Notes under the pieces: generated by a model
What the model was told of the DNA's origin: nothing
The model's database searches: none
What the model saw: the letters and a program-made list of their open reading frames with translations, nothing else
Shown: piece after piece, positions 19,316 to 28,991 of the stretch
Numbering within the stretch: position 1 is the stretch's first letter
Layout of the letters: each line of letters starts with the position of its first letter
NCBI GenBank assembly: GCA_902465645.1
Contig: CABQNX010000003.1
Location: 23,180-87,179, forward strand
Direction: 5' to 3'
From: an uncultured Peptoniphilus sp.
GTDB lineage: Bacteria > Bacillota > Clostridia > Tissierellales > Peptoniphilaceae
Length of the DNA stretch: 64,000 nucleotides
Position numbers and translations under genes: made by a program

Positions 19316-19344
19316 ATTATACTAGATGTGTTAGTCTTTGTCAA
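19316..19344 (-). promoter_or_regulatory. sigma-A promoter of ssrA
   Basis: Perfect TTGACA-17-TATAAT on the minus strand; the -35 lies inside the 3' end of the VanZ-family gene. Confidence 0.85.
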
Positions 19345-19972
19345 TTTTAGAGGGCCTTGGTCTCCTCTTCTTTCTCTTCTTCTTGGCAAATTTATATCTT
19401 AAAATCTTCTCCCAAATAAGATAACCAATAAAAGATCCCAAAACATTTAAAATCAAATCGTCAATGTCCACTGACCTTCCAATAAAAAATTGGATAAATT
19501 CTACAAAAAAGGATGTGGCAATGGATAAACTTATAATTTTTAATAATCTCCTAAACTTTGGAAAAATTTCTGGCACTAAAATTCCAAAGGGGATAAAAAT
19601 TATTATGTTTCCAAGTATATTTGTAAGTGTGTGGGTAAAGCCTGAATATTTTATATAGTTTTTCATCGTCCTAAATGGAACTAGGTTAACTCCCCAGGCT
19701 CCTGATGATAATCTATCTTTGAAATTGCCAACAAAGTCAAAGTTTTCGTTAGTCAAATTTATTCCAGAACCTGCTATGTAGGAGTTGGGCATAAAAAGCA
19801 TTATGGCCAAAAAAACTAGGTAGGCTGCAAAAAGGCTTAACAAAAATTCTCTAAAGCCTGTGGAATTTTTCTTCCTGTGGTTGAAGAAGTTAACTCTTAT
19901 AAGGGAAAAGCCAAGGAAAGTAATTATAAAGGCAGGTATTATCCTCACCGCAAAAAATAAAAATAATCTCAT
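19331..19972 (-). CDS. VanZ family membrane protein
   Basis: NLVPF, NILGNIIIFIPFG, EFIQFFIGRSVDIDDLILNVLG. Confidence 0.9.
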   Translation of the reverse strand: MRLFLFFAVRIIPAFIITFLGFSLIRVNFFNHRKKNSTGFREFLLSLFAAYLVFLAIMLFMPNSYIAGSGINLTNENFDFVGNFKDRLSSGAWGVNLVPFRTMKNYIKYSGFTHTLTNILGNIIIFIPFGILVPEIFPKFRRLLKIISLSIATSFFVEFIQFFIGRSVDIDDLILNVLGSFIGYLIWEKILRYKFAKKKRKKRRPRPSKIDKD

Positions 19973-20607
19973 AAGTTTTTCATTTCTATTAGTTTATTGA
20001 CAGAATTTTTATTTTCACTAACAATTGTTGGCCAAGTGTCCTTGGAGTTCTCGTCATAAATCCCAATAACTTCAAGACCAGCCTTCTTTCCTGTCCTTAG
20101 GGCAAGGTAAGAGTCGTCAACTAAAAACACATCTTCTGGTCTTTCTCCAAGTTCTTCTGCAATTGAAGTGTAAAATTCTTCTTCTGCCTTTAGGTGTCCC
20201 ACTGAGTCAGCTGTATAGAGGCCGTCGATAAACTTATCTATCCCATATTTTTCTATAACTATGTTGGCGAAGTGGGCTGCAGTTGATGTTCCTATTACAA
20301 CCTTCATCCCCTTGTCCTTAAAATATTTTAAAATTTCAAGACATCCTTCTTTAGCTTCAACCTTGTTCCTATAAAAATCTTCAACAGTCCTGCTAAAGTC
20401 TCTCATGAGTTCTTCAAAGCTTTCTTCTAATTTATAGTAGTCTTTTAAGTACTTTAAGGATGCGTCCAAGTTCATTGTCGTCATCTTGTGCTGGATCTCA
20501 TCTTCTATATCTATTCCCTTGGTCTTCATGAAGTCACGAGAAACACTTCTCCAATATTTCATAGAATCAACTAGAGTTCCATCTAAATCAAAAATAATAG
20601 CCTTCAT
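19969..20607 (-). CDS. HAD family phosphatase
   Basis: IIFDLDGTLVDS motif I; K...DDS motifs. Confidence 0.92.
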   Translation of the reverse strand: MKAIIFDLDGTLVDSMKYWRSVSRDFMKTKGIDIEDEIQHKMTTMNLDASLKYLKDYYKLEESFEELMRDFSRTVEDFYRNKVEAKEGCLEILKYFKDKGMKVVIGTSTAAHFANIVIEKYGIDKFIDGLYTADSVGHLKAEEEFYTSIAEELGERPEDVFLVDDSYLALRTGKKAGLEVIGIYDENSKDTWPTIVSENKNSVNKLIEMKNL

Positions 20608-20713
20608 CTTAGCTCCTTTCCCATAATACTATTATTTTAGTTGTATTTTTATTAGATTTCAAGTATAATGGCTTAGATAGCTTTTGAGATTTTAAATTTT
20701 TTGTAAAAAAGCT

Positions 20714-20741
20714 TTGACAAATATTTTTTACATGCTATAAT
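20714..20741 (+). promoter_or_regulatory. sigma-A promoter of tRNA-Pro
   Basis: TTGACA-16-TATAAT with an extended TG. Confidence 0.8.
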
Positions 20742-20792
20742 AGTATTTGTTCGAAAATAAAATTCAAGTTTTCATTTATGTGAATCTGTCGT

Positions 20793-20869
20793 CGGGGTGT
20801 AGCGCAGTTTGGTAGCGCACGTGGTTTGGGACCATGGGGCCGGGGGTTCGAATCCTCTCACCCCGACCA
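20793..20869 (+). tRNA. tRNA-Pro (TGG)
   Basis: CGGGGTG/CACCCCG acceptor stem, anticodon loop TT-TGG-GA, GTTCGAAT T-loop, encoded CCA. Confidence 0.97.
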
Positions 20870-21040
20870 TTTTTTTATCTGAAGGTTTATACCTTCTTTT
20901 TTTTTGCAATTTTCTGACTTAACTTTTTCCTAAACAATCTTAACTTGTTGTGATTTATTTTTAGACTTATAATTGAAATAAGATTAATTATATATGTTAA
21001 CTTTTTAAGCAAAACTTAAAAGACTTTTTAAGGAGGTCTT

Positions 21041-21361
21041 ATGAATTTTATATTAAGTGACAAGGCTCTGGCCTTTTTGAAAAAGAAAAATATAAGTAAA
21101 ATTTTTGTAAATCCTGATGTGGACGTCAAGGCATCTTGCTGCTCTGTGGGCACTTTTGACTTTGACATTTCAACAAGGGATAATGAAGACACAAAAAGGT
21201 ATAAAAAAGTAGAAGTCTCTAATATATCTATTTTTTATAACCCCACTCTTGACCTCTTCTTTAAGGGTCATGAGGACATAGACATTATTATTTCTGCAAT
21301 AGGTCTTGGATCTTTTAAAAAGTTATATGTGGAGAATGAGTTTAATTCTATTGAAATGTAA
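21041..21361 (+). CDS. HesB-like / CC-motif family small protein
   Basis: AGGAGG RBS; MNFILSDKA..FL, ASCC motif, C-terminal G.FKKLYV. Confidence 0.65.
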   Translation: MNFILSDKALAFLKKKNISKIFVNPDVDVKASCCSVGTFDFDISTRDNEDTKRYKKVEVSNISIFYNPTLDLFFKGHEDIDIIISAIGLGSFKKLYVENEFNSIEM

Positions 21362-21645
21362 TTTTGCAGAAAATTAAAGCTTATATAGGTCATAAATAAA
21401 TTTAACTTCCTAATAATAAATCTATTTTTTATTTTCATCATTTTTATAAGTTTTGTAGACTTTAACTTTCGAATATTTAACTTTAGGTCCAATATAGTGG
21501 ACCTTTTTTTAATTTCGTAAAAGTTTTTCATATTTTTTTCTCAACTAAGGCTCAATAGATCACCATCAAGCATCAACTTTCTTGTAATTGACTTGGTCTT
21601 CCCCTATAATCTTATAGGAAATAATAAAAGTAAAGGGAGGAAATT

Positions 21646-23100
21646 ATGTTACTATTTATTATTGGAATTATTATTTTATTTGTTGGAGGATTTTTCTACT
21701 CAAAATATGTAGAAAAACAACTTCAACCAGACGATAGACCTACTCCAGCAGTATCAAAAGCTGACGGAGTTGACTATGTAGTGATGAGCGAAAAGAAAAA
21801 CTGGCTTATCAACCTACTTAACATTGCAGGAACTGGCCCTATACTTGGACCTATCCAAGGTATTTTATTTGGACCAATTGCCTTCTTGGCAATCCCATTA
21901 GGTTGTGTCTTCGCAGGTGCAGTCCACGATTACATGACAGGATTCATCTCTATGAGAAATGGCGGGTCTCAAGTGCCAAAGCTTGTTGGTAAGTATATTG
22001 GCGACGGCGTTCGTAAATTTTATAATATTGTTATTGCCATCCTACTTCTTTTAACTGGTGTAGTTTTTGTTTACACACCTGGAGACTTAATTGCCAATGA
22101 CGTTCTAAAGGTTGGGGTAGATTCTAATGTTATTTGGATTATCTACGCAGTGATCTTTGCCTACTACATCCTTTCAACTGTACTTCCTATTGACAAGTTA
22201 ATTGGAAGAATATATCCATTATTTGGTGCCTTCTTAATTATCTCTGCCATTGGAGTCTTTATTGGAATCTTTGTTAAGGGCTCTGGAGACCTTTCTTTTG
22301 CAAATTACGGCCTACTTGCAGAACACCCACTTGGTCAAAGATTTATCCCATCCTTCTTTATAACAGTTGCATGTGGTATCCTATCAGGCTTCCACGGTTC
22401 ACAAGTTACTCTTGTGTCAAGAACTGTTAAATCAGAAAAAGAAGCAAAGACAACTTTCTACTCAACTATGATTGCCGAAGGTTTTATCGCAATGGTTTGG
22501 GCAGCTGGTGCCATGGTAATCTTCTCAACTGGAAGAGCTCCACTTGATACAGCTGGAACCCTAATGGTTGGAGAAATTTCAAAATACTTTATGGGAGACA
22601 TTGGAGGACTACTTGCAGTTCTTGGAGTAATAGCACTTCCTATCACTTCTGGTGACACTGCCTTTAGGTCTTTAAGGCTAATAATCTCTGAAGAATTAAA
22701 CATTGACCAAAGATCTGGCGCAAAGAGGGCTGGCCTTGCAGCAGTTTTATTTATACCTGCAATAGCAATTCTCTTCTTCGCTAAGTCAAACCCAAATGGA
22801 TTTAATATGCTTTGGAGATACTTTGGATTCACAAACCAATTTGTAGCAATCTTTGCCCTAGCAGTTGCCACAATTTATTTAATCAACACTGGCAAAAATT
22901 ATTTAATAACTTTGATACCAGGGATCTTCTACACATTTATAGTTTTCGCATTTATTATTAGTGTTGAGAAGCTTGGACTTGGCTTGCCATTTACTATTGC
23001 CTATCCAGCAGCTGGTGTCCTAGCTATTGCTTACGCAATCTTTGTTGTTAAGACTGGTAAGAAAAATAAAACTAGGATTGAAACTACAACTCTAGAATAA
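21646..23100 (+). CDS. cstA: Carbon starvation protein A (CstA) family peptide/pyruvate transporter
   Basis: TPA...DGVDY, IAGTGPILGP, GAVHDY, ACGILSGFH, ITSGDTA.R, WRYFG. Confidence 0.93.
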   Translation: MLLFIIGIIILFVGGFFYSKYVEKQLQPDDRPTPAVSKADGVDYVVMSEKKNWLINLLNIAGTGPILGPIQGILFGPIAFLAIPLGCVFAGAVHDYMTGFISMRNGGSQVPKLVGKYIGDGVRKFYNIVIAILLLLTGVVFVYTPGDLIANDVLKVGVDSNVIWIIYAVIFAYYILSTVLPIDKLIGRIYPLFGAFLIISAIGVFIGIFVKGSGDLSFANYGLLAEHPLGQRFIPSFFITVACGILSGFHGSQVTLVSRTVKSEKEAKTTFYSTMIAEGFIAMVWAAGAMVIFSTGRAPLDTAGTLMVGEISKYFMGDIGGLLAVLGVIALPITSGDTAFRSLRLIISEELNIDQRSGAKRAGLAAVLFIPAIAILFFAKSNPNGFNMLWRYFGFTNQFVAIFALAVATIYLINTGKNYLITLIPGIFYTFIVFAFIISVEKLGLGLPFTIAYPAAGVLAIAYAIFVVKTGKKNKTRIETTTLE

Positions 23101-23116
23101 TTTAAAATTAAATGGC

Positions 23117-23154
23117 AAAAGACCTGCAGAAATTAAAACTGCAGGTCTTTTTTT
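23117..23154. terminator. Bidirectional Rho-independent terminator
   Basis: AAAAGACCTGCAG...CTGCAGGTCTTTTTTT between the convergent cstA and phosphatase genes. Confidence 0.85.
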
Positions 23155-23198
23155 GAGGATTTATTTTTATTATTTTTATGAATAAGAATTTAAGAAAT

Positions 23199-24815
23199 TT
23201 ATTTTACTAGGTCAAAGGCTGTTTGTGGTACATAGACAGCTCTTGTGGAGTAAATTGTAAGTCCACCAAGTTCTACTTTTTCACCATTTTTTATAGCGTA
23301 GTTCTTTGAAACAGGGAAGATAATCTTATCAGATCCCTTAGTAACTATAGCTTCGTAATCATTTGGTCCCTTTACCTTAAATTCAACCTTGGCTCCCTTT
23401 TCTTCAAAGCCTCTTCTTATAGGTTGGTAAAGTTCTTCTGTCAACTTATCAAGGTCAATGTCAAGTACATCTTCCACGTATCTTCCAATTTCATAATTGT
23501 GAACTGTTCCAATAAGTCTCTTAACATCCTTGGCAGTTGAGTAAGAATAAAGTCCTACATCTCCACCAACGTGACCTCCAGTTGTCCAAGCAATATGGCT
23601 TCTTGCTGAGATAACTCTTCCCATTGCTGAGCCAGTGTCCTTTTCAGTCTTAATAAGATTTAACTCTTCTTCTGTAAGGTCCTTTACACCAAAGTGCTTT
23701 TCCATTACTTCTTCCACATTGGACTTGTCTTCCTTCACTTCTTCAGCAGCCTTTGTCACAGAAATTTTTGCAGATGAAATTACTTTTGTAAACTCATCAA
23801 GAGGAGCCTTGTCGTAACCCTTGGAAATGTTTCTGTGGCCAAAAGTTATTCCACCAGTTCCATGGTCAGCAGCAATTAAAATTACTGTGTCGCCCTTTTC
23901 ATCAGCAAAATCTTTTGCAACTTTTACTGCATCATCAAAGGCTTTGATTTCGTGTATAAGAGCAACTGGGTCATTGGCATGAGCAGCCCAGTCAACTTCA
24001 GAACCTTCAACCATTAGGAAAAATCCCTTGTCATTTGTTGATAAAACTTCTAGAGCCTTGTCAGTCATTTCTGCAAGTGAAGGTTTTGTAGTCTTGTCCC
24101 TATCTATTTCATAAGGGAAGGACTTGTCTTCAAAAAGCCCCCAAAGTTTGTTGCCCTTTGATCCTTCTAGACCTTCCTTAGTAGTCACGTAATCGTAACC
24201 CCTTGTTTTTATTTCAGAAATAAGATCTTCCTTGTCCTTTCTAGTTTCTTTACTTAAATAAGTGCTACCAGCACCTAGGACAAGGTCCATGTCTTGGTAA
24301 ACTTGTTGTTCGCCAAGGTCCTCGTAGTTATTTCTGTCAGGATTATGAGCAGAAAAGTCAGCTGGAGTTGCGTGTTGAATATTTGATGTGGACACAAGGC
24401 CAGTGGATCTTCCACTTCTCTTCGCACCTTCAAGGACGTTGGCTATAGGTTGCTTAGCCCTTTCCTTTTCAAAGTTAGAAAATCCTGGCATGCCGTCTTT
24501 AGATGGATAAGAACCAACAAAAGGAGATTCTGTCTTTATGCCAGTTGCCATGGCTGTTCCTGCTGGAGCAGAGTCGGCTATAGGTGTGTTGGCGTTGTTA
24601 GTCCTAACAAGGCCTGTTGCCATATCGTCCATTACAAACTTCTTGTCCTTAGTCATCCATCTTGCAGTTGTAAGTGCTTCTACACTCATCCCATCTGGGA
24701 TCATCACAATTACATTTTTTGCACTACCATAATCTTTCTCTTGGGCAAATACAAGAGAAGGCGCCAAAGTCACTAGGGCAAGTGAAATTGACAAAGCTTT
24801 TTTTAATTTGTTCAT
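23199..24815 (-). CDS. phoA: Secreted alkaline phosphatase
   Basis: Signal peptide; IPDGM, DSA (catalytic Ser), HATPA, MVEGS.VDWAAHAND, ADHGTGG, TGGH. Confidence 0.93.
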   Translation of the reverse strand: MNKLKKALSISLALVTLAPSLVFAQEKDYGSAKNVIVMIPDGMSVEALTTARWMTKDKKFVMDDMATGLVRTNNANTPIADSAPAGTAMATGIKTESPFVGSYPSKDGMPGFSNFEKERAKQPIANVLEGAKRSGRSTGLVSTSNIQHATPADFSAHNPDRNNYEDLGEQQVYQDMDLVLGAGSTYLSKETRKDKEDLISEIKTRGYDYVTTKEGLEGSKGNKLWGLFEDKSFPYEIDRDKTTKPSLAEMTDKALEVLSTNDKGFFLMVEGSEVDWAAHANDPVALIHEIKAFDDAVKVAKDFADEKGDTVILIAADHGTGGITFGHRNISKGYDKAPLDEFTKVISSAKISVTKAAEEVKEDKSNVEEVMEKHFGVKDLTEEELNLIKTEKDTGSAMGRVISARSHIAWTTGGHVGGDVGLYSYSTAKDVKRLIGTVHNYEIGRYVEDVLDIDLDKLTEELYQPIRRGFEEKGAKVEFKVKGPNDYEAIVTKGSDKIIFPVSKNYAIKNGEKVELGGLTIYSTRAVYVPQTAFDLVK

Positions 24816-24857
24816 ACTTTCCCCCTAAGTTTTATTACCTATAATCTAACAGAGGAT

Positions 24858-24885
24858 TGTAAATGAAATATAAATCTAATGTAAA
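24858..24885 (-). promoter_or_regulatory. Pho-box-like tandem direct repeats upstream of alkaline phosphatase
   Basis: Minus strand TTTACA-N5-TTTATA-N5-TTTACA with exact 11-bp periodicity. Confidence 0.75.
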
Positions 24886-24997
24886 AATTCTAATACTATA
24901 AAAGATTATTAGTTTATATAAATCATTGATAACTATTTTACTTCTATCAAGAATATAATATTCTACTTCTCTGTGATATAATTTAAAAGGGTGCGTT

Positions 24998-26110
24998 ATG
25001 GAAATATCTATATTAATTTTATGGATAATTATTATTATTTATCTTATTTTAGAAAATTATTATATTAAAAAAATCTCTAAATCTTTTAAGCACATAATAT
25101 ATGTAAATGGAACTAGAGGAAAATCTTCAACGACAAGATTGATTGATGCTGGACTGAGAAATTCTGGATACAAAGTGTTCTCTAAAACTACTGGAACTGT
25201 TCCTATATACATTGATATCAACAATAACGAAGTGCCTATAAGAAGATTGGGAAATGCTAATATTAAAGAACAAATAAAGATGGTTAGGCTTGCTTATAAA
25301 CAGAAAGCTGACATTCTTGTATTAGAGTGTATGGCAGTGGATCCTGAACTCCAATTTATTTCCCAGAATAGAATGGTAAAATCTAATATTGGTGTAATTA
25401 CAAATGTCAGATTAGATCATACTGATGTGATGGGTAATAGTCTCGAAGAAATATGCGACAGTCTTTGTAAGACAATACCACAAAATGGTGTTTTATTTAC
25501 TTCCGACAAAAATTTTTTTCAAATTATTAAGAATAAGTCTTTAGAATTGAATAGTGAATGTTTTTTGTCCAATCCTAGTAATGAATTTAGTAATTACTAT
25601 TTTCCTGAAAACTATGCATTAGCTTTAGATATATGTAAATATTTAGGTCTTGATTATAAAAAGTTCAAGGATGGGCTAAGAACATATAAACATGACCCTT
25701 ATGACTTAGCAATATATCGTTTAAAAAATGGAGGTTTGTTCATTAACGGTCTTTCTATAAATGATATTTCCTCAATTAATCTCACTTATGATAAGTTATC
25801 AAAAAAATATAATTTTAAAGAAAAACAATTTATTTTGCTAATTAATAATAGATTTGACAGAGGATTCCGATCATTACAGATGGCGGATTTTGCCAATAAA
25901 AGAAATCCAAGTGCTATATATTTATTGGGAAGTCATACCAATATACTTAAATCTAAGATTCATTGTAAAAATATTAAAACAATAAAAGAATTGAATGATT
26001 TACCTCTGTATATTGATGAAAATACCTTTATATTTGCCATTGGTAATATAGGAAATAGTGGCAATCAAATAGTTGAGTTTGTTAGAAAAAGAGGTGACTT
26101 AATTGAATGA
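24998..26110 (+). CDS. pgsB: Poly-gamma-glutamate synthase PgsB/CapB
   Basis: N-terminal TM; VNGTRGKSS, KTTG, ANIKEQ, LECMAV, TNVRLDH.DVMG, NNRFDR..RS, GNI. Confidence 0.93.
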   Translation: MEISILILWIIIIIYLILENYYIKKISKSFKHIIYVNGTRGKSSTTRLIDAGLRNSGYKVFSKTTGTVPIYIDINNNEVPIRRLGNANIKEQIKMVRLAYKQKADILVLECMAVDPELQFISQNRMVKSNIGVITNVRLDHTDVMGNSLEEICDSLCKTIPQNGVLFTSDKNFFQIIKNKSLELNSECFLSNPSNEFSNYYFPENYALALDICKYLGLDYKKFKDGLRTYKHDPYDLAIYRLKNGGLFINGLSINDISSINLTYDKLSKKYNFKEKQFILLINNRFDRGFRSLQMADFANKRNPSAIYLLGSHTNILKSKIHCKNIKTIKELNDLPLYIDENTFIFAIGNIGNSGNQIVEFVRKRGDLIE

Positions 26111-26531
26111 TAATGTAATATTACTAGGAATTGCTTTGAGCTTAATTTTTAGCGATATAACAGGAATTATACCTTGTGGTATTATTGTACCTGGATATAT
26201 AGCTTTAAATTTGAACAATCCCCAAAAATTAATATATACATTTATAATAATTATTATTACACTTATAATTGTTAAGTTGCTTTCAAAAATTTGTATAATT
26301 TATGGAAGAAGAAGATTTACACTAATGATATTAACTGCCTTTATAATTAATTTCTTTGTTATAAAGCTTAATATATTTCCAAATAATCCTGGACTTATAG
26401 GAACTATAATACCTGGCATTATTGCAAATCAACTAGAAAGACAAGGATTTATAATTTCTATTTTATCTTTAGTTTTTGTAGTAATAACAATATCTTTATT
26501 CATTATGTTGTTTTCAATTCCATTATTTTAA
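26103..26531 (+). CDS. pgsC: Poly-gamma-glutamate biosynthesis protein PgsC/CapC
   Basis: TGIIPCGIIVPGYIAL, IYGRRRF, IG.IIPGIIAN...RQG. Confidence 0.93.
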   Translation: MNDNVILLGIALSLIFSDITGIIPCGIIVPGYIALNLNNPQKLIYTFIIIIITLIIVKLLSKICIIYGRRRFTLMILTAFIINFFVIKLNIFPNNPGLIGTIIPGIIANQLERQGFIISILSLVFVVITISLFIMLFSIPLF

Positions 26532-26542
26532 GGAGGATATAT

Positions 26543-27622
26543 TTGTATAAATATAAAATTAAAAATTTATTAATTATAAATATATTTTTGCTAATATCTT
26601 TTATGATAATAAATTTAACGAAAACATATGAAAAAAATGATTATTACGAAACTCAGATTTTAGCCACAAATAATATGAAAAAATTTTCTCAAGCAGTTAA
26701 AGATTATAAACTTAACATAGGATTACCAATATACGATTATGATTTTCAAAAAACAGGACTATTAGGTAGTCCTTATAATGAGTTCACAACCACTTTAGGT
26801 AATCTTGAAGCAAAGCGAACTGTAACTAACCCTGATACTGCGGCATTAGTCGTAAAAATTTTCAAAGAAGCTAATATAAGAGAAAACGATAAGGTAAGTA
26901 TTGCTTTAACAGGATCTTTTACCGGTTTAAATATAGCTTGTTTAGCTGCAGCAGAAGCTATGAACCTAGATGTAACTATTATTTCAAGTATGGGATCCTC
27001 TACATATGGAAGCAATCAAAGCGAGCTAACTTTTCCAGATATTATTGATAATTTATACAAAGATGGATACATTCGTAAAAATTCCGCTCTCGTAACTTTA
27101 GGTGGTTTTAATGATGTAGGAGATGACATACCAAACAAAATTAAAAATAATGTTATTCAAAATTATATGGATAGAGGTTTAAATATATATATAAATGATG
27201 ATTTCTCGAAAAATGTCTCCCAAAAAATCAAAGTTTTAAATTCAAAAAATACACCGTCTGCTTTTATTACAATTGGTGGTAATCTTACATTCGGAGATGA
27301 AGACAATTCAAATTATGTATTAAAAGAGGGGATTTTAAATAAACCGGGAAACATAGAGAATTTTAATGAAAAAAAAGGTCTTATAAATTACTTTTTGAAT
27401 AAAAATATTACAACAATTTCATTTATAAATATAAAAAAACTTATGTCAGATTACGGCATGCCTTTTGATCCTTGGGTTTGGGATAAAACCGGAAAATCTA
27501 GTATATACTATAAATATTCCTATAATCCGTATCTTATCGTAACTACATTATTAGCTTCATTTATTTATTTAATTTTCTTTTTTAAAATAAGGGTGCAAAA
27601 TGAAAAAGTACATAAGAATTGA
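26543..27622 (+). CDS. pgsW: Poly-gamma-glutamate system protein (PgsW-like)
   Basis: TGLLG....FTTTLGNLEAKRT.TNP, GSF.GLNIA, SMGSSTYG.N; TM at both ends; TTG start behind AGGAGG. Confidence 0.85.
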   Translation: MYKYKIKNLLIINIFLLISFMIINLTKTYEKNDYYETQILATNNMKKFSQAVKDYKLNIGLPIYDYDFQKTGLLGSPYNEFTTTLGNLEAKRTVTNPDTAALVVKIFKEANIRENDKVSIALTGSFTGLNIACLAAAEAMNLDVTIISSMGSSTYGSNQSELTFPDIIDNLYKDGYIRKNSALVTLGGFNDVGDDIPNKIKNNVIQNYMDRGLNIYINDDFSKNVSQKIKVLNSKNTPSAFITIGGNLTFGDEDNSNYVLKEGILNKPGNIENFNEKKGLINYFLNKNITTISFINIKKLMSDYGMPFDPWVWDKTGKSSIYYKYSYNPYLIVTTLLASFIYLIFFFKIRVQNEKVHKN

Positions 27623-28991
27623 TAACAAAAAGAAATTTATGATAGGATGTTTTTTTATTTTTGTCAGTTTAATATTACCTTTTTTCTTGAAAGTAGAAAC
27701 TTTTAATATCTTAGAAAAAACTTATAATGCAGTGGTATATAAAAATGACTTATTGCTCTTTAATTCAGCTACTTGCCTTGTAATATTAAATAGTTTAAGA
27801 GCCTTGCCACATTATCTTGGTGCTTTTTTTATTGGAGAGTCTTTAACCACAGAGAAAAATATTAAAGTTTTAAAATACATTAAAGTTTTTTCAATTTGTT
27901 TAATAATACCAATAATTTATTTTTTGATTTTTATAATACATAACATAAAATATCATTTAGGTATACCTGCCTTAACCTTAATATTTCTAATTGGCTTTCT
28001 AGGTAGCAAAAATTACAACTATGTCAGTAATTTCAAAAAAATAATTTTAATAATACTGGTTATTTTTACAGTTCAAATTTTAGATATTATGCCTTTACTA
28101 AGTAAATTTCCTATAGGAAAGGGTGAGATGTCTCAAGAAATAAAACTTGTTTCTAAATATCTTAATTTGGACAAATTCATAAATTTAGGTACTACTTATA
28201 TATTTGTTCTACTCTTTACTTTAGAATTGTTACTCTTATCATTAATAAATTCTGAGAATAATTTAAAATCTATGAATTTGTTAAGAGAACAAAATTTAAT
28301 GATCAAAAATAAATCTAGATTACAAGAATTAGAAAATAGAAATTATATTGAATCAAGACATCTGGTTCACGATCTAAATAGCCCGCTTACAGCTGCTCAA
28401 GCATTAGTTAGCTTGTTGAAGCTGAATTGTGAATCTGAAAATAGAAAACAAGATTATATTTACTTGAATGAAGTTGAAAATTCTCTTGAAAATATGAGTG
28501 AAATGATTTATCAGACTTTATACATAGATAAAACTTCAATACTTTCAACTAGTGATATAATGAACAAGATAATGTCGAATATATCTATTTACCCTTATTA
28601 TGACAAAGTTACAATTTGTAATAACATTCCGCATAAATTAATTAAAGTAAATTCTGTTTTTTTTATAAGATCTATAATAAATTTACTTGACAATTCTAAC
28701 CAAGCAATAAAGAATCTTGAAAATGGAACAATTAAAATTATTGTTGATTCTATAAAAAAAGATACCATAGATTATATTGAATTTAAAATTATTGATAATG
28801 GAATTGGAATTGATAAAAACAATTTAAAATCAATTTGGAAATCTGGATACACTACTAAAAATACCACAGGACTCGGTTTACCTTTTGTTAAAAATACAAT
28901 TGAATCGAATAAAGGAATAATATCAGTAGATAGTTGTCCCAATAAAGGAACAATTTTTAAAATTTATTTTAAGGAAGTGATAAAATCGTGA
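27600..28991 (+). CDS. Multi-TM sensor histidine kinase
   Basis: About 6 N-terminal TMs; HDLNSPL, NLLDNS, DNGIG, TGLGL. Confidence 0.9.
   Translation: MKKYIRIDNKKKFMIGCFFIFVSLILPFFLKVETFNILEKTYNAVVYKNDLLLFNSATCLVILNSLRALPHYLGAFFIGESLTTEKNIKVLKYIKVFSICLIIPIIYFLIFIIHNIKYHLGIPALTLIFLIGFLGSKNYNYVSNFKKIILIILVIFTVQILDIMPLLSKFPIGKGEMSQEIKLVSKYLNLDKFINLGTTYIFVLLFTLELLLLSLINSENNLKSMNLLREQNLMIKNKSRLQELENRNYIESRHLVHDLNSPLTAAQALVSLLKLNCESENRKQDYIYLNEVENSLENMSEMIYQTLYIDKTSILSTSDIMNKIMSNISIYPYYDKVTICNNIPHKLIKVNSVFFIRSIINLLDNSNQAIKNLENGTIKIIVDSIKKDTIDYIEFKIIDNGIGIDKNNLKSIWKSGYTTKNTTGLGLPFVKNTIESNKGIISVDSCPNKGTIFKIYFKEVIKS

Noticed and set aside
19331..19972. VanZ as evidence of glycopeptide resistance
   Set aside because: Stand-alone VanZ-family genes are widespread and no other van genes are present.
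18811..21040. Integrative element at the tmRNA or tRNA-Pro 3' end
   Set aside because: No integrase and no duplicated 3' fragment of either RNA was seen.
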